In this document: in pieces, positions 39,106 to 56,060 of the stretch
Position numbering within the stretch: the first letter of the stretch is position 1
Layout of the letters: each line of letters starts with the position of its first letter
The notes under the pieces: model-generated
What the model was told of the DNA's origin: nothing
What the model saw: only the letters and a program-made list of their open reading frames with translations
Database searches by the model: none
Position numbers and translations under genes: made by a program
Assembly: GCF_009914755.1 (NCBI RefSeq)
Contig: NC_060930.1
Source: the human T2T-CHM13v2.0 reference genome, Homo sapiens
Length of the DNA stretch: 64,000 bases
Strand: one strand, 5' to 3'

Positions 39106-40960
39106 ATAATAAGACATGCTTTTGTTTTTTTGGAAGTGTTCATGTTCAGTGTTTGTTTTTGCTAGGGCTTTGGAGGTCATCAGTTTCCCTCAGTGAATGC
39201 AAGTTCTTAATCTGTTGTCAGTGCCTTGAGGGCATTTACTCCTTAAATAAGAAAACCATAGTGGAAGCATTTGGAAATTTCCCCTGTAATTCTTATTTTT
39301 TTCTTTTAATTACTGCTATACTATTCATATCCTCTGGTCTAGTTCTATGAAGTCTCTATGAATTGTATGTCACGTGCTTGTTCTGAATCATGTGTGCCTT
39401 TGTACACATTTTAATGCCTGATATAAAATAATGCCAGATTTAAGGATGACATGTCCAGAGTCTCCACAAACGTAAATCTCACTCTTTGAGAGTTATGTTT
39501 TCTTTAGGCAAAAGAATTAAATATTTAGCTGTATGCTAATCAGAAGTGAGATGGATGATAACTTTCCTTGTGAAAGGTTCCTCACACTTCAATATTCTGT
39601 CCATGTGCACAGGCACACACATTTCTTATCTGATGGAAAGTAGAGCTGAAGCATGCCTACTTCTAGCTAGGGATCAATTGGTCTATCTATCTACTTATCT
39701 ATTACCTATCTGTTAATCATCTCTTATTGTTATCTAATAGGAAATGGGACTCTCAGCCATGCTTACTTCCCGGGATAATTTTAAATTTTATAATTTAAAA
39801 TTCTAATTAGCACAGGCACCATCAAATAGAACAGAAAGCTATAGCGATAGATCAGGGTGCCTGAGGCCCCCTGAAATGATAGGCATTGATGTTTTTATTG
39901 TTTCATAGTGGTGAGACTGTAGGGGTTGACCTATGTGAGGGGCTGGGGGAGTCTAGAGGAATCAGGGCACTTGGAAAGTCAGGGAAGTGAGTCTGTACTA
40001 AGTATTTTGATATTGTAACAACTCTTAGGGCCATGCATGTGCTGACACACTATTACCCCTAACTTCCCCCACTGCCAATTTTTTTGCCTGTATTGAAAAG
40101 ATTCAGACTGAAAAGTAGAGCAGGCTCTTCAGAGAAAATGCTACCCTTCAAATCCAGCCTACGTACCCTTTATCCTCCAATACATTTTTGTTAGAATTTG
40201 TCTAAAATATCTTAGCTGTGACATATCTGCTTAGTTTTTTTTTCTTATTTATTCATTCATGTCTTATCAGTATAACCAAAGGGATGATTTTTTTAGGAAA
40301 GCTTTTTACCATTGGGGTTGACCTAGAAGAAAATGGACATATAAATAAGAATTAATTCTTTGATGGAATGCTCTGATGTCCAACAGTAATTCAAACAAGT
40401 ATAATACTAGGCTTTTAAATGATATATGGGAATGTAAAAGTTCAAGCTGTTGAAGAAGCCTTATGGGAAAGGCAGATCACAGAATCATGGATCTCACTAA
40501 TGCTAATAAAATAAATGGAAAATAAGATTAAAAAGAAACTAAAAAATACACTTGTTATCAACAGTGGAAGGAAGTATGAACATGTTCATTTTAAAAAATG
40601 GTTTATATCTGAGAATCAATAGATATAGTCAAGCTGATTTTTTATCAGTTACGATTTCAACAAATGATGCAAAGTTCTGACTATAACCCTTCAAAAAATG
40701 GAAAACAGATCGTAAACCTTTTAAGTTGTCAGAAAAAGAAAATACACATACGCACACACACTCACACACCCAGAACACAAGACATTCCATTTAACAGAAA
40801 ATAGAAAAAAAAAAGGATATGTAGGCAACAAAAATATGCAATTAGGAGGCAGAATAAAATCAAGTATATTGAGATAAATCTACTTATTGAAATAAAAAAG
40901 ACTCAGTTTCTCTAAAAATGGCAAATCCCAATTAAATGCTTATGTACAAGTGACATATCT

Positions 40961-41458
40961 TGTAGGGGAGAAGAGATTCCGTTTCTTGCCCATAGATAGG
41001 TTTATGCCTGACAGTCCTATAACAAAAGACAGAGTAACAAAAGAAAAACGTACAGATTTATTCAATATAAATTTACATGAAAAAGAGCCTTCAGAAATGA
41101 AGAACCAAAGAAACAGAGAAATGTGTATTTTTATGCTTAAGGTTGATAAAAAGTGGACAGTCATGTAGAAATACAATTGTCCAAAAAGGAGTATGATCTG
41201 AAATGACTGAACATTAATAAACTGTAGGGAACTTACCAAAGCCTGTATGTTCCGATTCTTCTTGGTGTCTCTGTCTTTGAGGGTACTTCTGGAATGAAGG
41301 TTCTTATGACCTACTTTATAGAAACGTCAGAGGATTCTTTTATGGCCTGCTTCAGGGGAGAAGGGTGGGAGAAGCTTACAGAGTGAACTTCCTGTTTTTG
41401 CTGTTTTCTGAAATGCCAAGATGCCATATTTTGTGGTAGTGTGTTCTGAACCCCATCA
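40961..41458 (-). mobile_element. MER39-type ERV1 solo LTR hosting exon 1a
   Basis: Minus strand TGATGGGGTTCAG...CCCCTACA termini; perfect 4-bp TSD ATCT (40957-40960, 41459-41462); internal AATAAA at 41062-41057. Confidence 0.85.
41237..41315 (-). other. PRL: PRL non-coding exon 1a (extrapituitary transcript); 5' end approximate
   Basis: Strong donor GGCTTTG|GTAAGT at 41237/41236, about 5.8 kb upstream of the pituitary TSS, inside an LTR. Sequence matches my recollection of the long PRL 5' UTR and contains no ATG. Confidence 0.85.
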
Positions 41459-41700
41459 ATCTAAATGAGTGGTTTTCAAAGGGCAAGCAGTTAGGAGGTG
41501 ATTCTGCCTCCCAGGAGACATTTGGCAATGTGTGAAGATGTTTATGACTGTCATAACTGGAAGTGGGGGTGCTGCTGGCATCTGGTGAGCAGAGACCAGA
41601 CATGTTGCTAAACATCTTACAACACACAGAGCAGCCCTCAGAACATAATATTATGCCATCCAAATGTCAGTAGTGCTGCTTTTGAAAAACCTAGATTAAA
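41290..41700 (-). promoter_or_regulatory. PRL: PRL extrapituitary/decidual promoter
   Basis: TATAAA at 41320-41315; CRE-like TGACGTTT at 41329-41322; tandem C/EBP-like sites GTTGTAAGATGTTTAGCAACAT at about 41623-41602 inside MER20. Confidence 0.82.
41467..41694 (+). mobile_element. MER20 (hAT-Charlie) co-opted in the decidual PRL promoter
   Basis: GAGTGGTTTTCAA...GGAGACATTTGGCAATG...GCTAAACATC...TTTGAAAAACCTAG; degenerate 8-bp TSD ATCTAAAT/ATTAAAAT. Confidence 0.9.
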
Positions 41701-42089
41701 ATGGAGTGTCTAAAAACGTTGAAGTACAAAAAATCACAGCAAGCAAATTAAATTGCTGGAGTAATAAATTTGTTACTAGGCAAAAATGTTAAAGCATAGT
41801 ACAGTACTTTGTGATATTGTATTGATATGCAGTCAATAATGGAGATGAGACTGTCTATAGTCTTTTTGCAATCAATAATAGGATCAAAAATATTAAGCAT
41901 GCATTAAACAAATGTGAGGGGAAATTAACCAAGACTCAAGAGTAGGATATGGGTGTGTGTATTTCAAGCACCTAGAACATCTACAATAGAACATATGGCA
42001 AAAATAATATATAAATAGTTTAGTTTGTTTTGTTTTCTCTTACTCGTTACCATGATTGTTTAATGGCTGAATCTAAATAATTCCTTGAG

Positions 42090-42620
42090 TTCTTATCTAT
42101 GTTAATTTTTGTTGGCATTCAACCTTGTACTGCCCCCTTTGGCTGTCTTATTCAATGTCATGACTTTATTTGTCACATCCATGAAGATGATCCCAGCTCT
42201 GTTTATCTCTCCCTAAGTTGACTTCTGAGCTACTAATTACCTGCTAGACATTTCAATCTATATGTCTACAAGTAAGATATGCTGATTTATTAAAGAAAAT
42301 CCTTAATGATTCATCTTTTCTCTCAAACAGCTTCTCAGTCAACACTTAACATCTCAGAGTTGAGTTTATTTCCTTTTCTTTTGTTTCCCTTGCATCACAC
42401 TCAACCAGTTGGCAGGTGGCAATTATTCTGTCTCTCTAACTCCATAAAATTATCTTTCCTCCTTTCTCCAGGTTATCTTGACCTGCATATTACAATAGCT
42501 TCTCCTCCATTTTCTCCTGCCTATGTTCAATTCAATTTCAATCTGTTCATCCATTAAGATTAACCATCCTGAGGCTCAACTTCTGGACAATCTCTAATTT
42601 GTCTAAATCATAGTATTGCA
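42090..42620 (+). mobile_element. Degenerate L2 fragment
   Basis: L2-like GATGATCCCAG...CTGCTAGACATTTC. Confidence 0.45.
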
Positions 42621-45519
42621 GAGGTAGAGGAAACATGGACTAATTCTAACCAAATATCACATTACAGAAATAAAGAAAATGATGTAAACATATTTAATTA
42701 CTGAAAGAACTGGCACTGGAACTCCAATTCTTTCTCCTGCCATACTGGTAATATTTCTTCTTGCCTTCTGTCTGCCCACTTCTGTATGCCTTTTTATGTG
42801 CCCACTGAGCTTCTTATGCAGCTGATGGTAAGTCTTGGTGAGGAAATAAAGATGTGACCTCGAAGACACCTTGTGAAACACATTATTACTTCAAGGAAAA
42901 ATGCCAAGGTAATTGGGTTTCCAAAGAGAGAGGAGAGATAAATGGAATGTTCTGAAGAATTCAGCATCTTTAAGAAAACATGGCCACTGTCAAAGATAAT
43001 TTGCGTGTGATTCTGAATCATGTTATAAAAACAATACGTTTGTTAGACTATTTCTTAATGAGTTATGCAGATAAGGGATGAGAAGCTATTAATTTTTTTC
43101 GTCTTCAAATTGGTCTTTGATTTATCTGCCATTTCAGTCTCTAAGAATTCTTTTACTAATATGAGTCTTGCATGTGTCATAAAATTTTCATTTAACTTTT
43201 TCACTTGTCACTTCTACATCATTAGTGGAATGAAACTCAAAGAATTCTTGTAAATTAAAAAAAGAGATAAAAGGTTATCTGTCGACCACTTGAGAGAAGC
43301 TATGCTATTATTACCATTGGAGGTGATGTGGCATTTGAATGTTCTCTTTTCTACAGGCCTTTTTGTACTGATACCTTATAAAATTAACTTAATAGATGAG
43401 AAATAGTGTGTTTCATCCAGAAGGGAGAATTGATTTCATAAAGAAGCAAAGAGAATGAATATAAATTATAAGTTTCTGTTAATAACTGCAGAATAACAGA
43501 TAGTCTTTAATTTCAGCTACACCTGAAAACAGAGAAAGTGTCCATTGGAATAAGTGGAAATCATAGGTACATATGTAGAGAGACAGCTATGAAATTATGA
43601 GAATGTTTTCATGTTTGGTTTATAAAAAGCTTTTTCATTGAGGTTATGTCAATTATATAGGAGTACATATTTTATCATTTAAGAATATTTTTTGAAGATA
43701 ACTATGTGAAATAACTATCTTCCAAACTCTCAGCTACATGAATGAACAGTGAAATAATTATTTATGTGTTTTAATCTAAAGAGAACTTTAATACCAAATG
43801 TCAAGAAAGAAGTTTTCTTTTTTTCCATTTCCAGGTAGTTTCAAAAAGTATTCATTGCATTTGCTTGTGTAGGTCTGTATCTTATTTTTGTTCAAAACCT
43901 TTTAAATTTTTATTTATAGGTTGGCAAATTAGATGGTTAAAAACAGTCAATCAAATTGTAGGTTTTGTAGGCCCTAAGCAATTGTTGGTGAAATTATGAA
44001 TGATTTTTACCTTTCAAACTCCTTGATGACCCAAACGATGAAAATAATGAAATCCCTTTTTTTAGTGCTCTGATCAAAATCCTATAACATGCCATTGTTG
44101 TGTAGATTTTATCCATGTTACTTGAGTAGTTTAACTTCAAAATGTGTACAAATTTTACTCACTGTGTATGTGTTGGCAGCCACTAGACATGTATATGTGT
44201 TTGTTCTGAATTACTCAGATAATTGTCCCAATCTCACTGTGGATCACAAAACTTTACTACATGCAAAATATACTTTAATTCCTCGTCAGTGTTTTAAAAT
44301 TTTTGGAAGATATATTTTTAAAAATTACATATAGTATTTTCATTATATGAAGTGTTTCTAGCAATACATCTCAAAATTTCAAATCCCATAAAAATGATTC
44401 CATTGGAGCTTTTAGTAACTCTGCAGGAAGGTCTAGAATATGAAAGTGAAAATAAGACAGCTTTTAATGGACTAAAAAATATACATATATATATGTATAT
44501 AAAATAAAGGGTAAAAAAATAAGTTCTAGATAGCATCTTATCACCCAGGTCCATTTCCACTGATAACCACTGCTTCAAAGGTTAAATTAAAATGCACACC
44601 TGCAGAATATTTGTGTGTTTAAAGAATTCATTAAAAGTGGAATATTCCTTCCTGTTTGGCCAATTCCTTAATGAATATATTTGCATTTAATAATAGCATC
44701 TTACCTTTAGAGCTTTCTTGCTCATTTTCTCTGCCTTTATCCTAAGCAGTAAGATTTCCAAGGTTAAGACCAAAGGCTTTGTAAAAATGTCATGGGTTTG
44801 TCCTTGTCAAAAAAAATAAATAAATAAAACCTCAGAAGTCTTTTCTGGCAGTTTACTTCAATGTCATTTCAAGCATAAGAAACTTTATATCATCCCAGAC
44901 ATGAAATCAAAAATATTGTTTTGTACTGTTATGAAAGATTTTATTCTATATATTTTGCCTTTGGACAGACATATTTTAGGGCAGTTCATAAAGATGACAT
45001 TACAACTGTTTTACTTTCATTACAACCCCAAATTACAAATTTATGTCTTAAGCCTTGTCTTTGTAGAAAGGGTTGTATGAAAGCAAACTCCAAGATGTTA
45101 AATGAAGCAATATGCTTATTTTTAAGAACAAATTTTACATTATTGTTTGTTAACGAGTTATATAGACTCATGTATACATTATTGAATAAGGGGAAAGAAG
45201 TTTTGAATTAAATTATTTGCTCCAGTTCTGGCTTACTCCATCAGTACCTACATGACAAAATAGTTACTTTATTACCAAATTTGATGGATACGATTTGTCA
45301 TGCTTTGTGAAAATTCCTGATGCCTCCACATTTCCTTTTGGTCATGAAGCTTCATAAACTAGCTATAGCTAGCAACTTGCAGTGATACCCAATCCTGCCA
45401 AGGTATTATGAAATCAGACAGGCCAAGTACTCATTTGCAACAGTGGCCTCTCTGCATAGGGCTCATTTGGTGATACTTTGAATAATGTTTAGAATATCCT
45501 CAGTAAGAGAGACTATAAA

Positions 45520-46020
45520 TAGTTGTTTTGATTATCTATGGCTGCAAAAAACAAAAACAAAACAAAACAAAAAAAGTACCCTCAAATTTTGTGGCTTAAA
45601 ACAACAACAATCAATTTGTTATCTCTCATGGCTCTTGCTTGGGATCTTTCATGTGGTTTGCAGCCAAATGGTGGCTAGAGCTAAACAAACCATGTTTGTT
45701 AGTTGATACTGGCTGTCAGCTGGGATTGTCCATCAGAATTCCTACTCAGGGCCTCTCCATATGCTCCAGGCTTCCTCACAGCATGGGGGAAAGTCTCTAG
45801 AGCAATTAACCCAAAAAGACTATGCAGAAACTCTACCTCCTTTTATAAACAGCCTTGGAAGTTACAGAGTATCATTTCCTTCGTGGTTGCTGGCAGGCCT
45901 GGATTCAAGGGATAAAATAGACCCGAACTCTCATTGAGAGGTGTCAATATCACATTGTAAGAAAATTATGTGTAATGGAAGACTTTGTCCTATCCATCTT
46001 GAAGAACATAATCTGTGATA
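45520..46020 (-). mobile_element. MLT1-type MaLR LTR
   Basis: CCCTCAAATTTTGTGGCTTAAAACAACAAC...TCTCTCATGGCTC. Confidence 0.65.
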
Positions 46021-46021
46021 A

Positions 46022-46388
<367 letters not shown>

Positions 46389-46490
46389 TGATGTCTACTA
46401 TCTAATTAATATTTTTTACTCAACAGCAGCACATTTCCTCATATTCTACTTCAGGGTTGCCAGATAGTGGCAGATTCCTCCTTTGGCTGA

Positions 46491-46780
<290 letters not shown>

Positions 46781-46869
46781 CTGTTTCTAAAACCATTTCT
46801 TCTAACCTGGAACACAAGTCTTGCAGAGGAAAAAATACCAAATAATTACTTTGTTTCCAGAATCTAGAT

Positions 46870-47100
46870 CAGACATTAGCAAACTTTTACTTAAAAAAAA
46901 AACAGATAGTAAATATTTTAGGCTTTGCTAGGCAAGAGACAAAATCAAGGGTAGTATGTAAGTACTTATATAAGTATTTAAAAATGTAACCATTAAAAAA
47001 TGTAATTACAATTCTTACCTCATGGGCTGCGCATGAGCTAAGAATTCAAACAGCTAGTGGACTGCCTTTGGCTGGCAAGGTATAGTTTGTCAACCTCTGG
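46870..47100 (+). mobile_element. MER58-like hAT element
   Basis: AGCAAACTTTT...CAGATAGTAAATATTTTAGGCTTTG...TATAGTTTGTCAACCTCTG. Confidence 0.7.
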
Positions 47101-48169
47101 CCTAGAATGTTAGGCAGTAGTGCAAATAAAAATTCGTAAAGCCCATGAATGACTTTTCATTTGGTTTTATGAATGTGTGTAGATGTTGAAAAAATCTGAC
47201 TCTACACCTATACTGGGCATTGCAAATTTCTGCTTAAAGCTTTCAGTTTTAATTGCAAAGAATCTGCAGCATAATTTGATGGGCTTTTCGCAAAATCTGT
47301 CAATCAGTTTAAGTTATAAAACAAGTGTGAAAGCAAATCTCTAAATATCCAGAGCAAGGTAAAAAAGTATTCAAAAAATTCGATTTCTTTTCTCTTCCTG
47401 TTGGACCTTAGTGAAGAACAGAGGCAAGGTATTCATTCATTATGTTTTATTGTCATTATTGTTCTATGCATAGCTACTCCCATTTTTTTCTTTCTGTCTA
47501 TCAGTCATCATCTATCTGCTGTTATCTCCTTCTGAACTCCCTTTCCTTTCCCCATCAACACCATTCTAATATGTTTGAATGAATGAATTTGTATGTGTTG
47601 CTGGAAAATATGCATTTTTTGTTGAGTGTGCATATATTTTTAATTTACTTAGGTATCATCTTAGAGACCTCTGATCTTTGTTTTGGTTTTCCTTCACTCA
47701 GTTATATGTTGATGATGTTTTCACGGTGCTGTATTACATCTAGTTTGTCATTTGTAACTCCTTTATAATACTTCAATGACTGCATCCACGTTTTACCTAT
47801 CCACTCTTCCAGAGTGCATCTTACTGCCTGTCCTGCTATACACAGTACTGTATTACACATTTCTGTATGTGCCTTTATGTGAAAGAGTGATAGAACATTC
47901 TCTTATAAAGAAATTGAAATTGGAGGTCTAGTGACAATTGTGACTAAGTCAGTGCATTACAGATCCCCTTGGCCTATTACAATTTCAGTCGTACAATTCA
48001 GTGATAACACACACAGAATATACTGAAAAGAAACAATGCAAAAGGATTTCATTAAGAGTGCAATTCCAATGGTTATTCTATTGGAACTAAATTGATTCAC
48101 TTGTTTAGATTTGATTGAGGTGACAGTCACTGTCTTAAAAATGAATATTAATGCATTTGAGTTCTTGTC

Positions 48170-48331
48170 AACATTTTAGTAGTTGCTCTAGAGATTACAA
48201 TATATACCCATAGTTTTTCCCAGGCTAGTTAACATTAATAATGTTCCATGTCACATAAAATATAGCAACTTTGCAATTGTATAGGTCTATTTACCTCTCC
48301 TCATCCTTTCTACTATAGTTGTCATATGGAT

Positions 48332-48369
<38 letters not shown>

Positions 48370-49861
48370 GCAGCTCATAAAAACTACAGTTTTTCTTCAC
48401 AGACTGTGAAAATAGTTTTATATATTTACCATTTCTGGTGTTTTCCATTCCGTCCTAAAGGTCCAAATTTACTTCTGCTATTATTTTCCCTCGGCTGAAA
48501 AACATGCATTAGCATTTCTTATATTACAAGTGTACTTATGACAAATGCTGTCAGTTTTTAAAATCTAAAAAAGGATTTTGTCTTTATTGTTATTTATTTA
48601 TTTATGTATTTTTTTGAGATGGAGTCTCGCTCTGTTGCCCAGGCCAGAGTGCAGTGGTGTGATCTTGGCTCACTGCAAGCTCCGCCTCCCGGGTTCATGC
48701 CATTCTGCCTCAGCCTCCCGAGTAGCTGGGACTACAGGTGCCCACCACCACGCCCGGCTAATTTTTTGTATTTTTAGTAGAGACAGGGTTTCACTGTGTT
48801 AGCCAGGATAGTCTCTATCTCCTGACCTCGTGATCCGCCTGCCTCGGCCTCCCAAAGTGCTGGGATTACAGGTGTGAGCCACTGCGCCCAGCCCTTGTCT
48901 TTATTGTTAAGAGATAGCTTTGCTAGATGAAAATTATTAGTTCATTTTTTTTCTCTTCAAGCACTTTGAGTATGTTATGCCAATGTCTTCTGGCATCCAT
49001 AATTTAGGATGAGAAGTCATTTGTTAACTAACCATGATCTCCTATGTGTAATGTATTGTTTTCTTCCTGCTACTTTCAGATATATTTTCTCTTTTTGGGT
49101 TTCAAATAGTATGACTATTATGTTCTTAGACATGCTTGTTTTTGAATTTATACTGCTTGAGTTTCACGGAGATTGTCATATCTGTACATCTACTATTTTC
49201 ACTAATTGGGTAACTTTTTGTTTATTATTTATTTGAATATTTTTGCCCCATTTTCTTTGCTTCTTCAGTAAATTGGACTTTTGTTTTTCTCCCACAGTCC
49301 TTAAGGCTGTGGTCATTTTTCAATTTTTTTCTTTCTTCTTCAGGTTAGATAATTTCCATGATCCTATCTTCAAGTGTACTGTTTACTTTGTCACCCCCAT
49401 TTTCCTGCTAAGCCCTTTCTATTATTTTTTAAAAAAATATAGGTACTAAACTTTTCTGAAATTTTCATTAGGTTTTTTTCCATTCCATTTTTCTGCTGAG
49501 ATTCCTACTTTTTCATTCATTATGAGCATTTTTTTCTTCATGTCATTTATCATAATTGATGATTGTTTTAAAATTCTTTTCTTGTAGTTCTAACACCTCA
49601 GTCATCTATAGCTTGAACTCTGTTGTCTTTTATTCTGATAATGAGTGACAACTTCTTATTTCCTCATATGTCAAGTAATTTTGGATTGCATTCTTGTCAT
49701 TGTAAATATAGGTTGTCTTTAGATTTTGTTATGGTCTCCTGAAGAGCATCACTGTCATTTGCTTGTTTTAATTGGCAATCGATTTAACAAGATTCAAACT
49801 TCAAACTCCATTTCATGTGTGGCAATTCAAAATTTCAGTTCAGCTGTGCTGTTTGGAGTCT

Positions 49862-49901
<40 letters not shown>

Positions 49902-50150
49902 CTCTCTTTCTCTCTTTAGCCAGAAATTTGCATAGAGTTTATACATGGAATTTTGGGCCCCTCCTCCTTTCTGTTTTCTTCCCATCTAGAATTCTTCTTT
50001 CACTTTTCAGTGGCTACAATTGTCCAGAATAATTCTGGGGTTCCTACCAGAGTTTTAGCCACTGTGAATGCTGTTATTATAATCTCTCCTCTGGCTAAAA
50101 GCCATGCAATATTGGAAAATCATCCTTGCCATTCCTTTTTCTGAATGTTG
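48170..50150 (-). mobile_element. Old L1M remnant containing (TA)n (48335-48364) and (CA)n(CT)n (49863-49915)
   Basis: T-rich antisense L1-like sequence; microsatellites read directly. Confidence 0.6.
48592..48894 (-). mobile_element. AluY-like
   Basis: Antisense Alu; 15-bp TSD TTGTCTTTATTGTTA. Confidence 0.95.
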
Positions 50151-50219
50151 ACTCTCCTCTGCCTTTTTTTTTCCTTTTGGTGTCACTCTCCAGTATATTT
50201 AAGTAGATTTCTGCTTGTT

Positions 50220-50450
50220 TATCTTTTCCTTCCTTTCCCCTTTCTCCTCTCTCCATTCCTTCTTTCTTTCTTTCCTCTCCCTTTTCTCCTCTTCTCTGCT
50301 CTTTCCTCCCTCACTTCTTGCTTGCTTCCTTCCTTTCATTCTCTCTCCTTTCTTTCTCTGTTTCATTTGTTTCATTCCTTCTTTTCTCCTTCCTTCCCTC
50401 TTTCTCGCATTCCCTCTCTTCTCTGTTTCTTTCTTCCTTTCTTTTATTTC
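50220..50450. repeat. CT-rich low-complexity tract
   Basis: Direct reading. Confidence 0.85.
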
Positions 50451-50620
50451 ACCAGAATTCATCATTGTTATCAGCAGAAGGATAGGGTACGCTAGGAGAT
50501 TCAAGTCCATGCAAGTTTCAGGATGATAACCAATGCTTCTTTGAAATCCAACAAAAACAAATATTTTAATATTCTACACTGAATAATAGCTATGTTCTCA
50601 TAGTTATAAGATAAACCACG

Positions 50621-50989
50621 TGTATTCGTCCATTTTCACACTGCTGATAAAGACATACCCAAGACTGGGTAATTTATAAAGAAAAAGGTTTAATGGACTC
50701 ACAGTTCCACATGGCTGGGGAGGCCTCATAATCATGCCAGAAGACAAAGGAAGAGCAAAGGGACTTCTTATATGGATGTGGATAGACAGAATGAGAGCCA
50801 AGTGAAAGCAGAAACCCCTTATAAAATAATCAGATTTCGTGAGACTTATTCACTACCATGAGACTAGTATGGGGGAAACCACCCCCATGTTTCAGTTATC
50901 TTCCACTGGGTCCCTCCCATAACACTTGGGAGTTATGCGAGCTACAATTCAAGATGAGATTTGGGTGGGGACACAGCCAAACCATATCA
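50621..50989 (-). mobile_element. THE1 solo LTR (THE1B/C-like)
   Basis: TGTATTCGTCCATTTTCACACTGCTGATAAAGACATACCC...GGGGACACAGCCAAACCATATCA; degenerate 5-bp TSD CCACG/TCATG. Confidence 0.9.
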
Positions 50990-51059
50990 TCATGATCTAT
51001 TTTATATAAAATAGTGTTTTAGTTGGATAAGAAATAATTTCCAATAGCATTTTAAAAAC

Positions 51060-53898
<2,839 letters not shown>

Positions 53899-54725
53899 AC
53901 AACCATTTACTCATTTTACTTTTTTATAGAAAAGATACCAGAGGACAAACAAATTTTTTTGCTATCTAAAGTATTTAATATTCTTATTTGTTTTAAATAC
54001 CCTTATTTTTAAAGCCTCATTAAAAATATCTCTGAGAAAAAAATTTTGAAAATATGTCTGCCAAGGCTACCACTGTCAGGTCAGCACTAGTTTTCAAGCT
54101 GCCATCAACTTTTAATAAACCTTGGTATACTTTTTTGCCCCTAAAATTAGAAAAACAATATTAAGGAGCTGATTTTAGGGTAGAAAAATAACGTAGCTAG
54201 TGATCTTTGTAAATAAGTAGAATTTAAGACTTAAGTGAGCAAGAATTTAGCCTGGGCAATGATTGATGGATAAAAGAAATTGTATCATCCTTAATGAGGT
54301 CTGATCATGGTTCTTCCAATTTATTAGAAGAGTAGTAATTAAATAATGATAAAATATTAGCACCTACCAGGGTTTCTCTACTCTTAGTCAATTGGGAATG
54401 GCCATAGTATCTAAGAACATTGTTATTTATAATGAGGTGATAAAAACAAAATTAATGGCCCTCAAAAGAAAGAATGAGTTGTGATTACAGCCCTTGACAT
54501 ACTAAGAGCTTATTGTGGCAAGGAAAGCGGCATGATAGTTCAGGTAGCATAGATAGGTAGGTCCCCATGTATTTCTGTGTAGATATATATGTGCTGTGCA
54601 TAAATATAAATATGCATTATATTCTTATATGACACTTTGAGTCTCATCTAAAGTAGATTTTGTATGTGGCAATAAATATATCAGAATTTCCTAGGTCCTG
54701 ATGTAATCAATCATTTTATTGGTAA

Positions 54726-55066
<341 letters not shown>

Positions 55067-56060
55067 GAAAATGTTACTTTATGAACAAATTACATATATG
55101 ATTAGCTAATATATCACCAAAGATGGTCTCAATGGCTCTTCCAGACTGTAATCTGAAGACTTCAATAATCACTGGATAAATATGCATGATTTTTATAGTT
55201 TAATGAGAAAAATAAACTGACAAATACTATTGTCTTTGATTCAGTGTCACAGCGAGATTTAATCTCTGCCTGCTTTCATTTGCAGATGCCATAGTATACA
55301 AGTGTTAAAATTGTGGTGGATCCCAGAAGCGTGCAGACGTGAGTATTGCTTGTCAGTTTTTACTCTGGGTACTGGAGCCTCTTCTGTTTCCTGGTCCATC
55401 CAGTCCCCAACTTTCACTCCTCAGCATCCTCTGGTTCTGCACCAGCCTTTGTATTTTAGCTTTCCCCTTTGTCTCCTCTTATTCTTTTGATGAGACTAAA
55501 GAGCCTGTTGATGGTTTACTTTTCGGGCCCTTTTGTACTTTGATTTTCGTGATACTCATTAGTGTAGTTGGTCTCAGATCTGCCTCTGCTCCTGAATTTC
55601 AGTATCTACGTAAACCCTGCTCAGCCGCTGTTATTCATCGAAATTTTGGCTTTCACCTTCATTGTACTTTTTATGGACTTAGTTTTCCTTCTGGGCAGTT
55701 TCTGGTATACACACTAAGCTTGTTCCTCACACCTGGCTTGTTCTCGGCTTCTTAAGTAACTTTGAGAACTTTGCTTTGTCTTTTAAGCTATGTCATCCCT
55801 CATTATGATCCTACTGCTGACTCTAATTACATTTTCTGTCTTTGTCTTTATAACCATAACTTCAATACCATGTGCCTCTATTTCGGTATTAGTTTTTGGT
55901 ATTTGGTATTAACCTAATAAGCCAGATAATTAAAAGTAATAAAAAACAGCAGTCATAATACATATCCTCTGGAATGATATAATCCATGTGCTACCATTTT
56001 TTCATGATTAAGTACCCATCTATATTATTGATGTCTCTTGCTTATTATCCCTGATTATAT

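Noticed and set aside
50145-50526. Hydrophobic and charged ORFs on both strands
   Set aside because: Artefact of the CT-rich low-complexity tract
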